Assembly (NCBI GenBank): GCA_963716725.1 | Contig: CAVQUB010000009.1 | Span: 224,001 to 288,000, forward strand | From: an uncultured delta proteobacterium | Lineage (GTDB): Bacteria; Myxococcota_A; Polyangia; Polyangiales; Polyangiaceae | Length of the DNA: 64,000 nucleotides | Direction: 5' to 3' | Part shown: in pieces, positions 8,750-19,051 of the stretch | Numbering within the stretch: the first letter of the stretch is position 1 | Layout of the letters: every line of letters starts with the position of its first letter | Notes under the pieces: model-generated | Told to the model about the DNA's origin: nothing | The model's database searches: none | Seen by the model: the letters and a program-made list of their open reading frames with translations, nothing else | Program-made: the position numbers and the translations under genes

Positions 8750-9487
8750 TCAGTACGCGACGCCCGAGTACGGGCACTTCTTCTGGAGCGCCGTGCAATC
8801 TGCTGGCGGCATGCAGTCGATGGTCTGTGGACAGCTCGGATCTTGCTCGCACCCACAGCCGCACTGGTTCGAGAACGCTTGGGTAGGCTCCGCGCACGCG
8901 TAGTCGATGACCTCACAGGTGCTGGGGTTGGTCGTAACGTACTTCCTCCACCACTCCGTCGAGGGATCGCAGGCGCAGACCTTGGTCGTGCACGACACGA
9001 CCTTCGGCTGCGCGCAGGAGCAGGCGTTGCAACCATCCATCGCGGGGAACTTGTCCCCGACGGCGTAGGGCTTGCCGCCGTACACGCAAGCCGGGGGAGG
9101 ACCGCAGTCCATCTCGGTGCACGACACGTCACCGCCGTCCGCGCACGTGCAGGTGTTGCACCCGTCGGCCGCCGGGAAGGTCTGCTCGGGTTCGTAGTGC
9201 TTTCCGCCGTAGTCGCAGCCCGACACGCAGAACGCGAGGGTGCAGGCCACGCTGCCGTCGGACGTGCACGAGCAGTCGTTACAGCCGTCACCGGCGGGAA
9301 AGGACTCGCCGGGCTGGTAGGTCTTGCCACCGTGCTCGCAGGTGATCCCGGAACCTCCGCCGGTACCCGCGCCGCCGCCGGCGCCGCCCGTTGCCGACCC
9401 GTCGTTGCTCGTGGACCCTCCACACGCCGCGGCAATGAACGCCACGGAAGCGGCCAGGGCCACGCGGTGTGACAGTGCTGTCGTCAT
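8750..9487 (-). CDS. Cys-rich lipoprotein with three VWC/pacifastin-like repeats
   Basis: Lipobox AAAC, Gly linker, 3x C..GGK.Y..G..FPA.DGCN.C.C....V.CT...C. Confidence 0.82.
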   Translation of the reverse strand: MTTALSHRVALAASVAFIAAACGGSTSNDGSATGGAGGGAGTGGGSGITCEHGGKTYQPGESFPAGDGCNDCSCTSDGSVACTLAFCVSGCDYGGKHYEPEQTFPAADGCNTCTCADGGDVSCTEMDCGPPPACVYGGKPYAVGDKFPAMDGCNACSCAQPKVVSCTTKVCACDPSTEWWRKYVTTNPSTCEVIDYACAEPTQAFSNQCGCGCEQDPSCPQTIDCMPPADCTALQKKCPYSGVAY

Positions 9488-9553
9488 TGGCTCACCTTTG
9501 TGCCGCCGCAGCGGCGAATTCTCGGTTCGCGCTCTAGCAATGAAAGATCCGTG

Positions 9554-9601
9554 CCGCGCTCATTGGCTCGCCGTCGACCGCGCTCATTGGCTCGCCGTCG
9601 A
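9554..9601. repeat. perfect 24-bp tandem duplication overlapping a stop codon
   Basis: CCGCGCTCATTGGCTCGCCGTCGA at 9554-9577 and 9578-9601. Confidence 0.9.
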
Positions 9602-10537
9602 CCGCGCCCGCATGGGTCGCAAGACCAGCCAGACCACCACGTCCGCGACGAGCGTCATCCCGCGCGAGAGGAGCAGCGCGGAGAGCGCGGGGGCCGGGCC
9701 GACCACGGGGACCAGACCGATGGAGAGCGCGGCCTCGCGCACTCCCGCGCCAGCGGGGGCTGCGAGCGCGAGGAATCCGACGATGGGTGCCAGGACGAAC
9801 ACGCCTGCCGCGGCCCTCGCTCCCGACGCATCGGCTCCGACCGCGGACGTCACCAGAACTCCGTGCGCGGCCCAGGTGAGCCAGTACACGACGTGCATGA
9901 ACGGAAGGCTGCGGGGGGCCAGCGGGCCCTCACCTTCGAAGCCGAGAACCCGTCGAATTCGTGGCGGGCATCGCGCACGATCGACCAAGACGAGCAACGC
10001 GATGATGACCGCGAGCGCGGGCACCGCCAGTGGCGCGTAGCGCCCCAACAACTCGCTCACGTCGCCGTTCCGGAACGCGGTGACCAGCCCCAAGCCGATC
10101 ACGCCGCCCACCGCTACGTACGACGTCAACTCGATGAGCACCGAACTGCCGGCGACCTTCGCGGGCACGCCGATGCCCCCGGCGCCAGCCATGCGCACAA
10201 CCGGGATGCCCACCTTGCCGGGCAGGTAGCGAGCGAGCTGACTCTCGGCGTGCAGCGCCACGCTCGGGCCAAACGCGACGCTGCGACAGGCCAGGCGCTC
10301 AATCAGATAGCGCCACGCCGCCGCGAGGACCACGCCGCCGATCACCAGCGGCACGAGCGACGCCGCGACGAGCCCCCAGTGGACGTGCACGGCGTTGCTG
10401 TCCCAGCGCTTCGCCAGGTCGCGGAACGCCCAGAGCACGAAGGCGAGGGCCAAGACCGACATCAGCGGGCGCAGCACTCGCTTCAGCCGATCGGCGGCGG
10501 TTCGTACTTCCGCGCTCTGCTCCGCAGGATCGGTCAC
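9584..10537 (-). CDS. lysylphosphatidylglycerol-synthase TM / flippase-like (UPF0104) membrane protein
   Basis: Multiple TM helices, SQLARYLPGKV, PAGAGVREA motifs. Start (GTG 10537) approximate. Confidence 0.78.
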   Translation of the reverse strand: MTDPAEQSAEVRTAADRLKRVLRPLMSVLALAFVLWAFRDLAKRWDSNAVHVHWGLVAASLVPLVIGGVVLAAAWRYLIERLACRSVAFGPSVALHAESQLARYLPGKVGIPVVRMAGAGGIGVPAKVAGSSVLIELTSYVAVGGVIGLGLVTAFRNGDVSELLGRYAPLAVPALAVIIALLVLVDRARCPPRIRRVLGFEGEGPLAPRSLPFMHVVYWLTWAAHGVLVTSAVGADASGARAAAGVFVLAPIVGFLALAAPAGAGVREAALSIGLVPVVGPAPALSALLLSRGMTLVADVVVWLVLRPMRARSTASQ

Positions 10538-10719
10538 CGCCCAGTGCTCCCCTCGGGCGGCGAAACCTCTGGGGAATCCAGCGCGGGCGCCGCCTCTTCC
10601 TTCATCGAGCCCGCGTTTAGCACGCCGCCCCCTTCGGGTTGTGGTAAACCAAACCGCTTTTCGGGTAGCGGACGCGCTGCTGGCGTTCGCCGTCACTCCG
10701 AAGCTCAAGGGAGCAGACC

Positions 10720-11595
10720 ATGCGCTCTAGGTCGCGATCTCATGCAGGCCTCTTCGCTTCTCTCACGTTGGTATTCATCGCGTGCGGAGGGCGCAGCACC
10801 ATCGACTACGGGCTCGACGACGGTTCGTCGACCACCGGTGGCGTTGGCGCCACGGGTGGATCGGGCGGCGGAGGTGGCAGTGGAGGTACCGGCGCCATCT
10901 CCGGCGGCGGCGGAACGCCGAGCGGAGGCGGTGTCAGCGGCGGGGGAACGGGCGGCGGAGGCTTGTGCGAGGATCCCGGCGGATCGCCCTGCGAGCTGTG
11001 CACGTGCAGCAACTGCTACGACGAGCTCGAGAAGTGCGACGACGACGGCGGCTGTATGGAGATCTTGGCCTGCGCGGACAAGACCGGATGCAGCGGGGTG
11101 CAGTGCTACCTCGGGGAGTGCAAAGACGTCATCGATCAGAACGGCGGCCCCTTCGGCGGGCCCACGGCCATCGCGCAGGGAGTCGTCGAGTGTCGCGGAG
11201 CGAAGAAGTGCCCCTGCGGTGGCGGCACCGGCGGGGCCGGCGGCGGCGGCGGCTCGGGAGGCAGCGGAGCCAGTGGTGGCAGCGGCGGCGGCTCAGGTGG
11301 CACGGGCCCCGTCGCATGCGTCACCTGCATCGCCCAGAAGTGCCCGGCCGTGCAGCAGTGTCTGTTCGACACCAAGTGTCGCGACGGGGTGATCTGCGCG
11401 ACGCAAAAGTGCACGTCGGGCGGCGGCGGTCAGCCGAACCTGCAGTGCATGCTCGGCTGCTTCAACGGCGACTTTCAGGCCGCGCTCGCCGCGTTTCAAT
11501 CGTTGCAGTGCTTCTTCACCAGCTGCGGGCAGACCTGCGGTGGCTTGATCCCCGGGTTGCCCAGCGGCGGTACGCCGCCTGGCGGCGGAAACTGA
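10720..11595 (+). CDS. Cys/Gly-rich lipoprotein of unknown function
   Basis: Lipobox FIAC; two Gly linkers, each followed by a Cys-rich helical module (C..C...C......C..D..C). Confidence 0.8.
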   Translation: MRSRSRSHAGLFASLTLVFIACGGRSTIDYGLDDGSSTTGGVGATGGSGGGGGSGGTGAISGGGGTPSGGGVSGGGTGGGGLCEDPGGSPCELCTCSNCYDELEKCDDDGGCMEILACADKTGCSGVQCYLGECKDVIDQNGGPFGGPTAIAQGVVECRGAKKCPCGGGTGGAGGGGGSGGSGASGGSGGGSGGTGPVACVTCIAQKCPAVQQCLFDTKCRDGVICATQKCTSGGGGQPNLQCMLGCFNGDFQAALAAFQSLQCFFTSCGQTCGGLIPGLPSGGTPPGGGN

Positions 11596-11649
11596 CGCCG
11601 CCTCGGCGCGACTCCCCGCCCGAGCACGAGATCACGTAGCATCGAGCGC

Positions 11650-13095
11650 ATGACGCGCTCTATCACTGCGACCCTGATACGTACCCGGCGGGGCATGGGT
11701 CTGTGGACCGTGCTCACTGTTCTCGCCACGACGGGCGCTCTAAACGCGAAGACGCTGAAGCTGCGCGCGCCTTCGAAGACGCTCAGCCTCGACTGCAGCG
11801 GCACCGCAGCAAGCTGGAGCTTTCACGACGGCGTCTGGTACCAACGCGGCCGCGAGCTGGTGAAGGACACCACCAAGTTTGGGGCGAGTGGCACCGTCAA
11901 CGTCGACTTCGTCTTCAATCCGCCCTTCGACAGCTTCGATCCGGCGGAGCTCGACGGCGCGGACATCCTGCTCTTGAACCCGGTCAAGATCCTGGTCGAC
12001 CGCGAAAAGTTCATGCCCTTCCGCACCTACGCAATGGGCGGCGTGGGCTTCATCTCGTTTCAGAACGAGGGCGTCACGTTCATGGCCGACAAGAGCGACT
12101 GCGCCGGCGAGAACATCGCGAACGTGACCAGCGCGGGCAGCGCTACACCAGTGATGAACGGTCCCTTCGGCCAGGTGGGCGCGAGCTTCGGGACGGGGTG
12201 GAACTGCTCGTTCAAGAATTTCGAGACCGGTGTCGTTCAGCTCGCCACCAACTCGAAGGGCCCCAACTCACTGTTGCTCGATCTCGGGACGAGTTCCCCG
12301 GGCTCGGCGCGGGCCGTCTCGTTCGGCGACGAAGAACACTTCGGCGGTCCTTACACCGAGAGCGGCTGCGGCTCGTCGTTCCTGGCTCAAGCCGCCAACG
12401 AGAAGCTGTTCTTGAACACGCTCGCGTGGGTCGCCGAGACCGCGCACGATCCCATCTCCGACTCGGTCGAGGGCACCGGAGACAAAGACCAAGACGGGAT
12501 CCCGGACTACTTGGACGGCGACAACGACAACGACAACATCCTCGACCTGTTCGAGGCCGGGGACAAAGACCCGACGACGCCTCCCGTGGACACGGACAAG
12601 GACGGGACGCCGGACTACAACGACGACGACTCGGACGGTGACTCGATCAAGGATTCGATCGAGAGCCCGGGCGACAAGCTGAAGCCCCCGCTCGACACCG
12701 ACGGCGACGGCAAGCCCGATTTTCAAGACACGGACAGCGACGACGACACCGTGCTCGACGGCACCGACAACTGCCGCACGGTGAAGAACACGGATCAGAC
12801 CGACACCGACAAAGACGGCGCCGGAGACGCCTGCGACGGGACACCCGGCAACCCGGATTCGGGCGTCGGGGGCAGCGCGGGCAGCGGCGGCGGCTTCCCA
12901 GATGCGAGCCCCATCGATGGCAGCAGCGCTGGCGGCAGCGGCGGCGCCTCGGGCGGGAGCTCGGGTCAGGGCTCGACTACGCCAGCGGAAGACGACGGCG
13001 GATGCGGCTGTCGCGCGGCAGGGAGCGAGTCGCGGGGCGTCGTCTGGCTCGTGCTCGCGGCCATCATCGGATTCGCGCGCCGACGACGACAGTGA
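11650..13095 (+). CDS. secreted thrombospondin type-3 repeat protein with MYXO-CTERM sorting signal
   Basis: Signal peptide; DxDxDGxxD repeats, DNCRTVKNTDQTDTDKDGAGDACD; C-terminal GGCGCRAAG + TM + RRRR. Confidence 0.88.
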   Translation: MTRSITATLIRTRRGMGLWTVLTVLATTGALNAKTLKLRAPSKTLSLDCSGTAASWSFHDGVWYQRGRELVKDTTKFGASGTVNVDFVFNPPFDSFDPAELDGADILLLNPVKILVDREKFMPFRTYAMGGVGFISFQNEGVTFMADKSDCAGENIANVTSAGSATPVMNGPFGQVGASFGTGWNCSFKNFETGVVQLATNSKGPNSLLLDLGTSSPGSARAVSFGDEEHFGGPYTESGCGSSFLAQAANEKLFLNTLAWVAETAHDPISDSVEGTGDKDQDGIPDYLDGDNDNDNILDLFEAGDKDPTTPPVDTDKDGTPDYNDDDSDGDSIKDSIESPGDKLKPPLDTDGDGKPDFQDTDSDDDTVLDGTDNCRTVKNTDQTDTDKDGAGDACDGTPGNPDSGVGGSAGSGGGFPDASPIDGSSAGGSGGASGGSSGQGSTTPAEDDGGCGCRAAGSESRGVVWLVLAAIIGFARRRRQ

Positions 13096-13101
13096 GGGAA
13101 C

Positions 13102-14241
13102 TCAGCCCGGGAGCTGGCAGTAGTTTGGCGGCGCGCAGATCCCGGATTCGCAGTTGCCGCTGTAGCACGCCGCGTCTTCGGTGCAGCCAGTGCCGAGCGG
13201 CACGAGCGTCACGCAGGCGTCGCTCGAAGACCCATCATCCGAGACGGTGATGCAGCGGAACTTGGTCCGGCATTGGGTCGTCGCGATGGCATCCTTCGCG
13301 CAATCGCCCTTGTCCGGCAGCGCTGTGCAGACACCGTCCACCGTGTATTGGTCCGGGGTCTTGCAGTAGTGGTTGACCGTGCACGGGTCGGGAACTCCGA
13401 TCCGGCACGGCTGCCCCAGGGGGATTTCCGGAACGCACTGGCCACCAAAGGTCTTGTCGGTGGCTTCTTTGAGCGAGAGCAGCTGGCAGGCGAGCCCAGC
13501 TCCGCACAGCGGGCCGTTGGTCAGGTTGCAGCTGAACCCGTCCTCGCCCACGAACACGTTGCCGATGGGCCTGCAGACACCCGTCTTGTCTGTGGTGCCT
13601 CCGAGGCAGTGAAGGTCGAGGGCGCAATTGGGATGGGTCGGCCCCCCGCACTCGCCGTCGAAAGGCACCGGGACGACGCAGCCGAGCGTATCATCGCAGT
13701 TCAAGCCCTCCAGACAGGCACCATTGACGCAGGGTTGCCCGGCCGGTGGTCGAGGTTGGCAGGAGCCCGGACAGGGACCGTTGATCTGGCAGAAGAGTCC
13801 GCGCGTGCACTCGGCCGGGTGAGTGCACATCCCTCCGACGCCGACCTTGCCGACGATGGCGAGCTCACACGCCTCGGGGAAGGTGAAGAACGTGTCGCAC
13901 TCCGCGGCGCGCAGGGCGTCGAAGCAGGGCTGCACGCGGTCGGGGTGGTAAGCGAAGTCGGTCGCCGGAAGATCCTCGAGCTTGGCGAACACACTGTCAC
14001 TCAGCTGAAGCCTCAGGAGCTCGACGCAGTCCTCGTCGCCCAGGGCGCTCGGCAGTACCGGTCCGAGGCAGCGCTCGGCACGCTCGCAGAGCGCCTTGGC
14101 AAAGCCCGACGGCAACTCCTTCAGGGCAATGTTCGTCGGCTTCTCGTCGCCCTTCTGAAGCTCCTCGAAGTCGAGCAGGAATGCACACGACGCCGTCGCC
14201 GTTCCGACGATGAGTCCGAGGAGGGCGGTGTGCCAGCGCAT
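13102..14241 (-). CDS. Cys-rich lipoprotein (EB/Dickkopf-like cysteine repeats)
   Basis: MRWHTALLGLIVGTATASC lipobox; repeated G..C.....C..GL.C modules. Confidence 0.8.
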   Translation of the reverse strand: MRWHTALLGLIVGTATASCAFLLDFEELQKGDEKPTNIALKELPSGFAKALCERAERCLGPVLPSALGDEDCVELLRLQLSDSVFAKLEDLPATDFAYHPDRVQPCFDALRAAECDTFFTFPEACELAIVGKVGVGGMCTHPAECTRGLFCQINGPCPGSCQPRPPAGQPCVNGACLEGLNCDDTLGCVVPVPFDGECGGPTHPNCALDLHCLGGTTDKTGVCRPIGNVFVGEDGFSCNLTNGPLCGAGLACQLLSLKEATDKTFGGQCVPEIPLGQPCRIGVPDPCTVNHYCKTPDQYTVDGVCTALPDKGDCAKDAIATTQCRTKFRCITVSDDGSSSDACVTLVPLGTGCTEDAACYSGNCESGICAPPNYCQLPG

Positions 14242-14359
14242 CGTGGGGGTCCCCTCGAACGATTTACACGCGCGCCGCTCCGGCGACAAACCCACGCTAA
14301 CGGCCGCTCGTGCGTCCAACCCCTGGCCCTCCCCGGTTCGGCCACGTAGGATTTCGACC

Positions 14360-17300
14360 GTGAAGCTCCGGTTTGCCCTCCGCCCGCTCTGGGCGCTCGT
14401 CGTGCTCGCGATGATGCTGCCGTCAACGGCCGACGCGCAGTTCAGCCCCGGTGGTCGCAAGAAAGGAAAGAAGCCGGGGACCTTCCAGCCCGGCGGTCGA
14501 CCCGGCGGCAAGCCCGGCGGCAAGCCCGGCGGCAAGCCCGGTGGCAAGCCCGGCGGCAAGCCCGGCGGTGAGCCGGGAGCCGAGCCCGGGGGCGAACCCG
14601 ACACCGAGCCCGGCGGCAAGCCCGGAGCCAAGGGGCCGGGCAAGGAGGCGTTGATCAAGCGCTACACGGGCATCGTGCTCGCGCAGCCCGGATCGACGTT
14701 CCCGCTCCAGCGCCTCGCAGAGCTCTATCGAGAGCGCGACGGAAACGTCGAGAAGCTCATCTCGGATTTCGAGAAGCGCGCGGAGGCGCCCGACGGGTGG
14801 AACGCGCTGGTAGCGCTCGCCGGCATCTACAAGCAGGACGGACAGCACCCGCGAGCCATCAGCACCTACGAGAAGGCCATCAGCCAGAAGCCCAATGAGC
14901 CGGCGGCCATCATGGCGCTCGCGAACCTGCTCTCCGATCGTGGCGAGAAAGCCAGCGCGCTGACGCGCTACGAGTCTGCGCTGCCCTTGCTCAAGAACGA
15001 CGCGGACAAGGAGCAGGTGCTGCGCACCCTGATGCAGCTGGCGCTGGACTTGAAGCGCTTCGACGACGCGAAGAAGCAACACAAGGCGCTGATCGCCCGC
15101 GCGAAGGGCTCGTTCTACGTGCGCGGCGAGCTCGGCCGCGAGCTGATGCTGCGCGGCGACTACGCGCGCGCCACCGCCGAGTACGAAGACGTGGTGAAGG
15201 CGGCCACCGGAGACAACCGCGTGCTCGGCCCGGCCCAGCGCGATCTCGGCCGGGCGCTGGCCAAGCAGGGCAAGCGCAAAGAGGCGATGGAGATGCTGCG
15301 GAAGGCCCTGCGGACCGCCGGGTCTCAGGCCGGCATTCGCCGCGAGATCTACGAGATCACGGTCGAGATCTACCGCGCCGAAGATCGCCTGCGCGATCTC
15401 ATCACCGAGCTCGAGGGACAGAACGCGACCGATCCCGAGCAGCTCCGCATGCTGGGCGGCCTCTACGAAGAGACCGGTCAGGTCGACAAGGCGCTCAAGA
15501 CCTACAAGCTTGCGCTCGGCAAGAAGACCGACGACGTCGGCACGCGCCTCAAGGTCGTCCAGCTCTTGCAGATCCAGGGCGAGCTCGACGAAGCCATCAA
15601 GCAGTTCGAGGAGCTGATCCGCGCGGCGCCACGCAACCCCGATTACGTCTTTCAGCTGGCCGAGGCCTTGATCCAGCGCGGGGATCGCCAGAAGGCCCTC
15701 GACCAGTTGAAGAAGCTCGAGGCCCGCTCGGGCAACGACGAAGAGACCCTGGCCGCTCTCGTCGACTTCTACGAGCGAGTCGAGGAGAAGAAGCGCGCGA
15801 TGGACGTGCTGCAACGCCTTGCGAAAACCGGACGCGGCGACCCTCGCCATCTGGTCGAGCTCGGCGATCGCCTGTGGCAAGAGGGCGACAAGGTCAAAGC
15901 GCAGCAGACCTGGGCGCGGATCAAGATCATCGTGCCGGACAAGGCGCGGGCCAACGAGGTACTCGGAGAGGTCTACCTGGAGCACGACATGCCGCAGCAG
16001 GCCCTCGACGCACTCCGGGAGTCCATCAAGCTGCAACCCAAGTCCGTCAAGTACAAGAAGGCCTACGCCTTGGCGCTGGAGCGCACCGGTGCCAGCGCCG
16101 GCAGCGTCGAGCAGCGCAACCGGCAGTACGACGAGGCGCGGAAGATCTGGGAGGCCATCGCCAAAGACGCGGGGGACTCCAACGCTCACGTGGCTCGGGA
16201 AGCGCGGCAGCACATCGTCACGCTCTGGGGGTTGGCAGGACAGCTCGAGAAGCGCGCGGTCCCCTTGGATCGCAGGCTCAAGCAGAAGCCACCGGATCTC
16301 GAGGCGGGCCGCCTCTTGGCAGAGGTGCAGATCCGCTTGCGTCGCTACCTGGACGCCGAGCGCACCCTCGACGTGGTGGTCAAGGCCGCCCCCGGGGACG
16401 TCGGCAGCCTCACGCAACTCGAGCGGGTGTTGGTGCTGCGGCGCAAGCTGAAGGAGGCCATCGCCATCCTGCAAAAGCTCACCGAGGCCGATCCAAAGCG
16501 CGCGCGGGAGTACTTCCAGCGCATGGCGAGCTACTCGGCGGAGCTCTACAAGGACGACGACGCCATCCGGTACGCCGCCAAGGCCGTCGAGCTGTCGCCG
16601 GACGACGCCGAGGGCCACCGGAAGCTCGGCGAGATGTACCGGCGCCGCCAGGACACGTCGCGCGCCATCAACGCCTTCCGTCAGGCCATCGCCAAGAACG
16701 ATCGCCTGTTCGCGGTGTATTTTCAGCTCGCCGAGCTGTTGATGGGACAGGGTGAGCTCGACGAAGCCGATCGGCTGTTGCGTCGAGTGGTGCGCGCGGC
16801 TCCCGACGAAGAGCTGGTGGCTCAGGCTGCGCGCCTGAGCGTGCAGGTGAACCTCGGCAAGGGCACCCTCGAGTCACTGGAGCGCGAGCTCTTGCCGGTC
16901 GCCCTGGGCAACCCGCAGAAGCCGCTTTACCGACGCTTGTTGGTGGAGATCTACGGCGCGATGGCTTTCCCCCTGGCGCACCAGGCCAAGAGCCCCGATC
17001 GAGCGAAGGCCGACAAAGCCCAAGCCGAGCTGAAGCGGATCGGTGAGCGGGCCGTGAAGCCGCTGCTCGACGCGCTGTCGGATGAGAAAGATCAGCAACA
17101 ACGCACCGCCATCGAGCTCCTGAGTTACATCGAGAACAAGAGCGCGGGGTCGGCGCTGTTCGCCTTTGCGACGGGCACCGCCGACGCCGAGCTGCGTTCC
17201 CGCGCCATGCTCGCGGTGAGCGCGCTGCGAGATCCAGCGCTCCTGCCCAAGCTCGGCGAGGTGCTGGCTCCGGGCGGCCAAGTTCGGTCGGACGAGTCCG

Positions 17301-18520
17301 ATCCCATCGTCGTCGCGGCGGCGTGGTCCGTGGCCCGCATGCAGTCGCCGCAAGCGCGAGCGCTCTTGGGCAAAATGCTGGGCAGCGACTCCCCGAGTTT
17401 GCGCGCGCTCGGCGCCATCGGCGTCGGACTGCTGCACGACAAACGCGCTGGCGGTCAGCTGGGCGAGATCGCGCGATCGGTCGACGCCGGTCCGCTGCCC
17501 CGCGCCGCGGCGGCCTTCGCGCTGGGCGAGATCGGCGACAAGTCGCAGTCCGACGCGCTGGCGCAGCTGGCCGAGTCGAGCGACGTCGGCGCCCGAGCCG
17601 CGGCCGTCTTGGCACTGGCTCGCATCGGCGCGTCGAGTGCGCCCCGGGTCATCGCCGACGCCCTGGTCAGCGGAGACGCCTCGCTGGCCGCTGCTGCCAC
17701 CTCCGCTGCACTGGCGTTGACGACGGGAACGTACCGCTCGACTCGCGAGGCCCTGGTGGTCCCGGAGGGCCGGCTCGACGTCAGGACCCTGCTCGAGCGA
17801 CTCGTGCCCAAGGGCTACAGCGCGGAGGAACACGCCAAAGCGTTGGTGAAGCTCGCGCCAGCGCTCGGCCAGGCCAGCCTCTCGGCCGCGCAGAGTTCAC
17901 CCGAGCGAGCACGCGCAGTGGGTGACGCTTTGCTCGCGCGCAGCGGCAAGCCCGCCTTCGGTGCCTTCACGCGCGACCTCGACCAAGTGAGCGCGCCGGT
18001 CCGCGCCGAAGCCGAGAAGGCAGCCGAGTCCATCGCCGTCAGTGCCCTACCGGCATTCCTCGCGCTGGCGGGCCACCCTTCTTCGGACGTGCGCGCCCGC
18101 GCCATCCAGTTTCTGGCCACACAATCCGACCTGAAGGCGCAGGCCGCGATCGTCGAACGCCTGGACGACCCCGACGCCACCGTGCAGCGCGCAGCTCTGG
18201 CAGCCGTGGAGCGGACGCGCCCCCAAGGCGCGATCGGGGCGGTCACCACCTTGGTGACGCGAGCCAAGGCCTGGCCGGCTCGGGTGCGTGCGGCAGCGAC
18301 GCTGGCCGTGCTCGCGGCAGGGACCCACGACAAGAAGGCCGTGGAGGCGCTCAGTCGAGCTGCGCTCTCGGACAAGGTCGCGCTGGTGCGCGAGGCCGCC
18401 ATCATCGCCCTGATCAAGGTCGACGCCGAGGCGGCCCGCGGCATCGCCGCCAAGATCGCCAGCTCGGATGTCGAGCCGCGCGTTCGCGACGCGGCGCGGG
18501 GCGCGGGGGGCGTGAAGTGA
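14360..18520 (+). CDS. large exported TPR + HEAT-repeat protein
   Basis: Signal peptide (..ADA/Q), PGGK repeats, about 750 aa of TPR-like repeats, C-terminal HEAT repeats (VRARAIQFL, VREAAIIAL). Start GTG 14360 inferred. Confidence 0.88.
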   Translation: MKLRFALRPLWALVVLAMMLPSTADAQFSPGGRKKGKKPGTFQPGGRPGGKPGGKPGGKPGGKPGGKPGGEPGAEPGGEPDTEPGGKPGAKGPGKEALIKRYTGIVLAQPGSTFPLQRLAELYRERDGNVEKLISDFEKRAEAPDGWNALVALAGIYKQDGQHPRAISTYEKAISQKPNEPAAIMALANLLSDRGEKASALTRYESALPLLKNDADKEQVLRTLMQLALDLKRFDDAKKQHKALIARAKGSFYVRGELGRELMLRGDYARATAEYEDVVKAATGDNRVLGPAQRDLGRALAKQGKRKEAMEMLRKALRTAGSQAGIRREIYEITVEIYRAEDRLRDLITELEGQNATDPEQLRMLGGLYEETGQVDKALKTYKLALGKKTDDVGTRLKVVQLLQIQGELDEAIKQFEELIRAAPRNPDYVFQLAEALIQRGDRQKALDQLKKLEARSGNDEETLAALVDFYERVEEKKRAMDVLQRLAKTGRGDPRHLVELGDRLWQEGDKVKAQQTWARIKIIVPDKARANEVLGEVYLEHDMPQQALDALRESIKLQPKSVKYKKAYALALERTGASAGSVEQRNRQYDEARKIWEAIAKDAGDSNAHVAREARQHIVTLWGLAGQLEKRAVPLDRRLKQKPPDLEAGRLLAEVQIRLRRYLDAERTLDVVVKAAPGDVGSLTQLERVLVLRRKLKEAIAILQKLTEADPKRAREYFQRMASYSAELYKDDDAIRYAAKAVELSPDDAEGHRKLGEMYRRRQDTSRAINAFRQAIAKNDRLFAVYFQLAELLMGQGELDEADRLLRRVVRAAPDEELVAQAARLSVQVNLGKGTLESLERELLPVALGNPQKPLYRRLLVEIYGAMAFPLAHQAKSPDRAKADKAQAELKRIGERAVKPLLDALSDEKDQQQRTAIELLSYIENKSAGSALFAFATGTADAELRSRAMLAVSALRDPALLPKLGEVLAPGGQVRSDESDPIVVAAAWSVARMQSPQARALLGKMLGSDSPSLRALGAIGVGLLHDKRAGGQLGEIARSVDAGPLPRAAAAFALGEIGDKSQSDALAQLAESSDVGARAAAVLALARIGASSAPRVIADALVSGDASLAAAATSAALALTTGTYRSTREALVVPEGRLDVRTLLERLVPKGYSAEEHAKALVKLAPALGQASLSAAQSSPERARAVGDALLARSGKPAFGAFTRDLDQVSAPVRAEAEKAAESIAVSALPAFLALAGHPSSDVRARAIQFLATQSDLKAQAAIVERLDDPDATVQRAALAAVERTRPQGAIGAVTTLVTRAKAWPARVRAAATLAVLAAGTHDKKAVEALSRAALSDKVALVREAAIIALIKVDAEAARGIAAKIASSDVEPRVRDAARGAGGVK
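14489..14632 (+). repeat. 12-bp coding tandem repeat (PGGK/PGxE), 12 units
   Basis: CCCGGCGGCAAG units, degenerating toward the 3' end. Confidence 0.9.
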
Positions 18521-19041
18521 GCCACCGCTTCGGGACGATGTTCGCAGCCTCCCTCATCTCTCTCGGCTGCACGACGTTGGATCGCTTCGACACCAAGGAC
18601 GGGGAGGCGTACTGCGGCGACATCGTCAGCGCGGCCTTCGTGCGTGAGGGGTTCCCTCCGGATCTGCGCGTGCGCATGACGCTCGACACGGACGCCCTCT
18701 CCACCGTTCCGGGCACCCTGACCACCGACGACGCAGCCACCGGTCCTTGCGCGCCCAAGCCGCGCCTCGACGCCGCTCCGCTGCGCGTCACCGAGGCCAT
18801 GCTGCACGACCCGCTCTCGACCTTCGACTTCGGCACCGGGCGCGACCACAACTTCATGGCCTGGGTGGACTCGACCTGCGAAGGCCCGCTGATGACAGTC
18901 GTCTCGCTGCAGCGCAACGACGACGTGGAGGTCCGATTGATGAAACCGCCCGGACCGCCGGTCACCCCGGGCGAGGAGCCGCCCCAGGCCGGCTTCGCCT
19001 TGTTCCAGCTCACGCGCCGTCAGGGCGACTGCGGATTCTGA
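18517..19041 (+). CDS. hypothetical lipoprotein
   Basis: Lipobox SLGC; GTGA overlap with the upstream gene; GC3 bias. Confidence 0.78.
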   Translation: MSHRFGTMFAASLISLGCTTLDRFDTKDGEAYCGDIVSAAFVREGFPPDLRVRMTLDTDALSTVPGTLTTDDAATGPCAPKPRLDAAPLRVTEAMLHDPLSTFDFGTGRDHNFMAWVDSTCEGPLMTVVSLQRNDDVEVRLMKPPGPPVTPGEEPPQAGFALFQLTRRQGDCGF

Positions 19042-19051
19042 GAGCGCACGA

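Noticed and set aside
7567..9435. 622-aa ORF as a single protein
   Set aside because: Its 5' part overlaps the real Cys-rich lipoprotein gene in another frame and crosses the repeat array; only 7567-8436 has recognisable motifs.
13102..14658. N-terminal (PPGL)n extension of the Cys-rich lipoprotein
   Set aside because: Antisense of the PGGK repeat; the lipoprotein signal begins at 14241.
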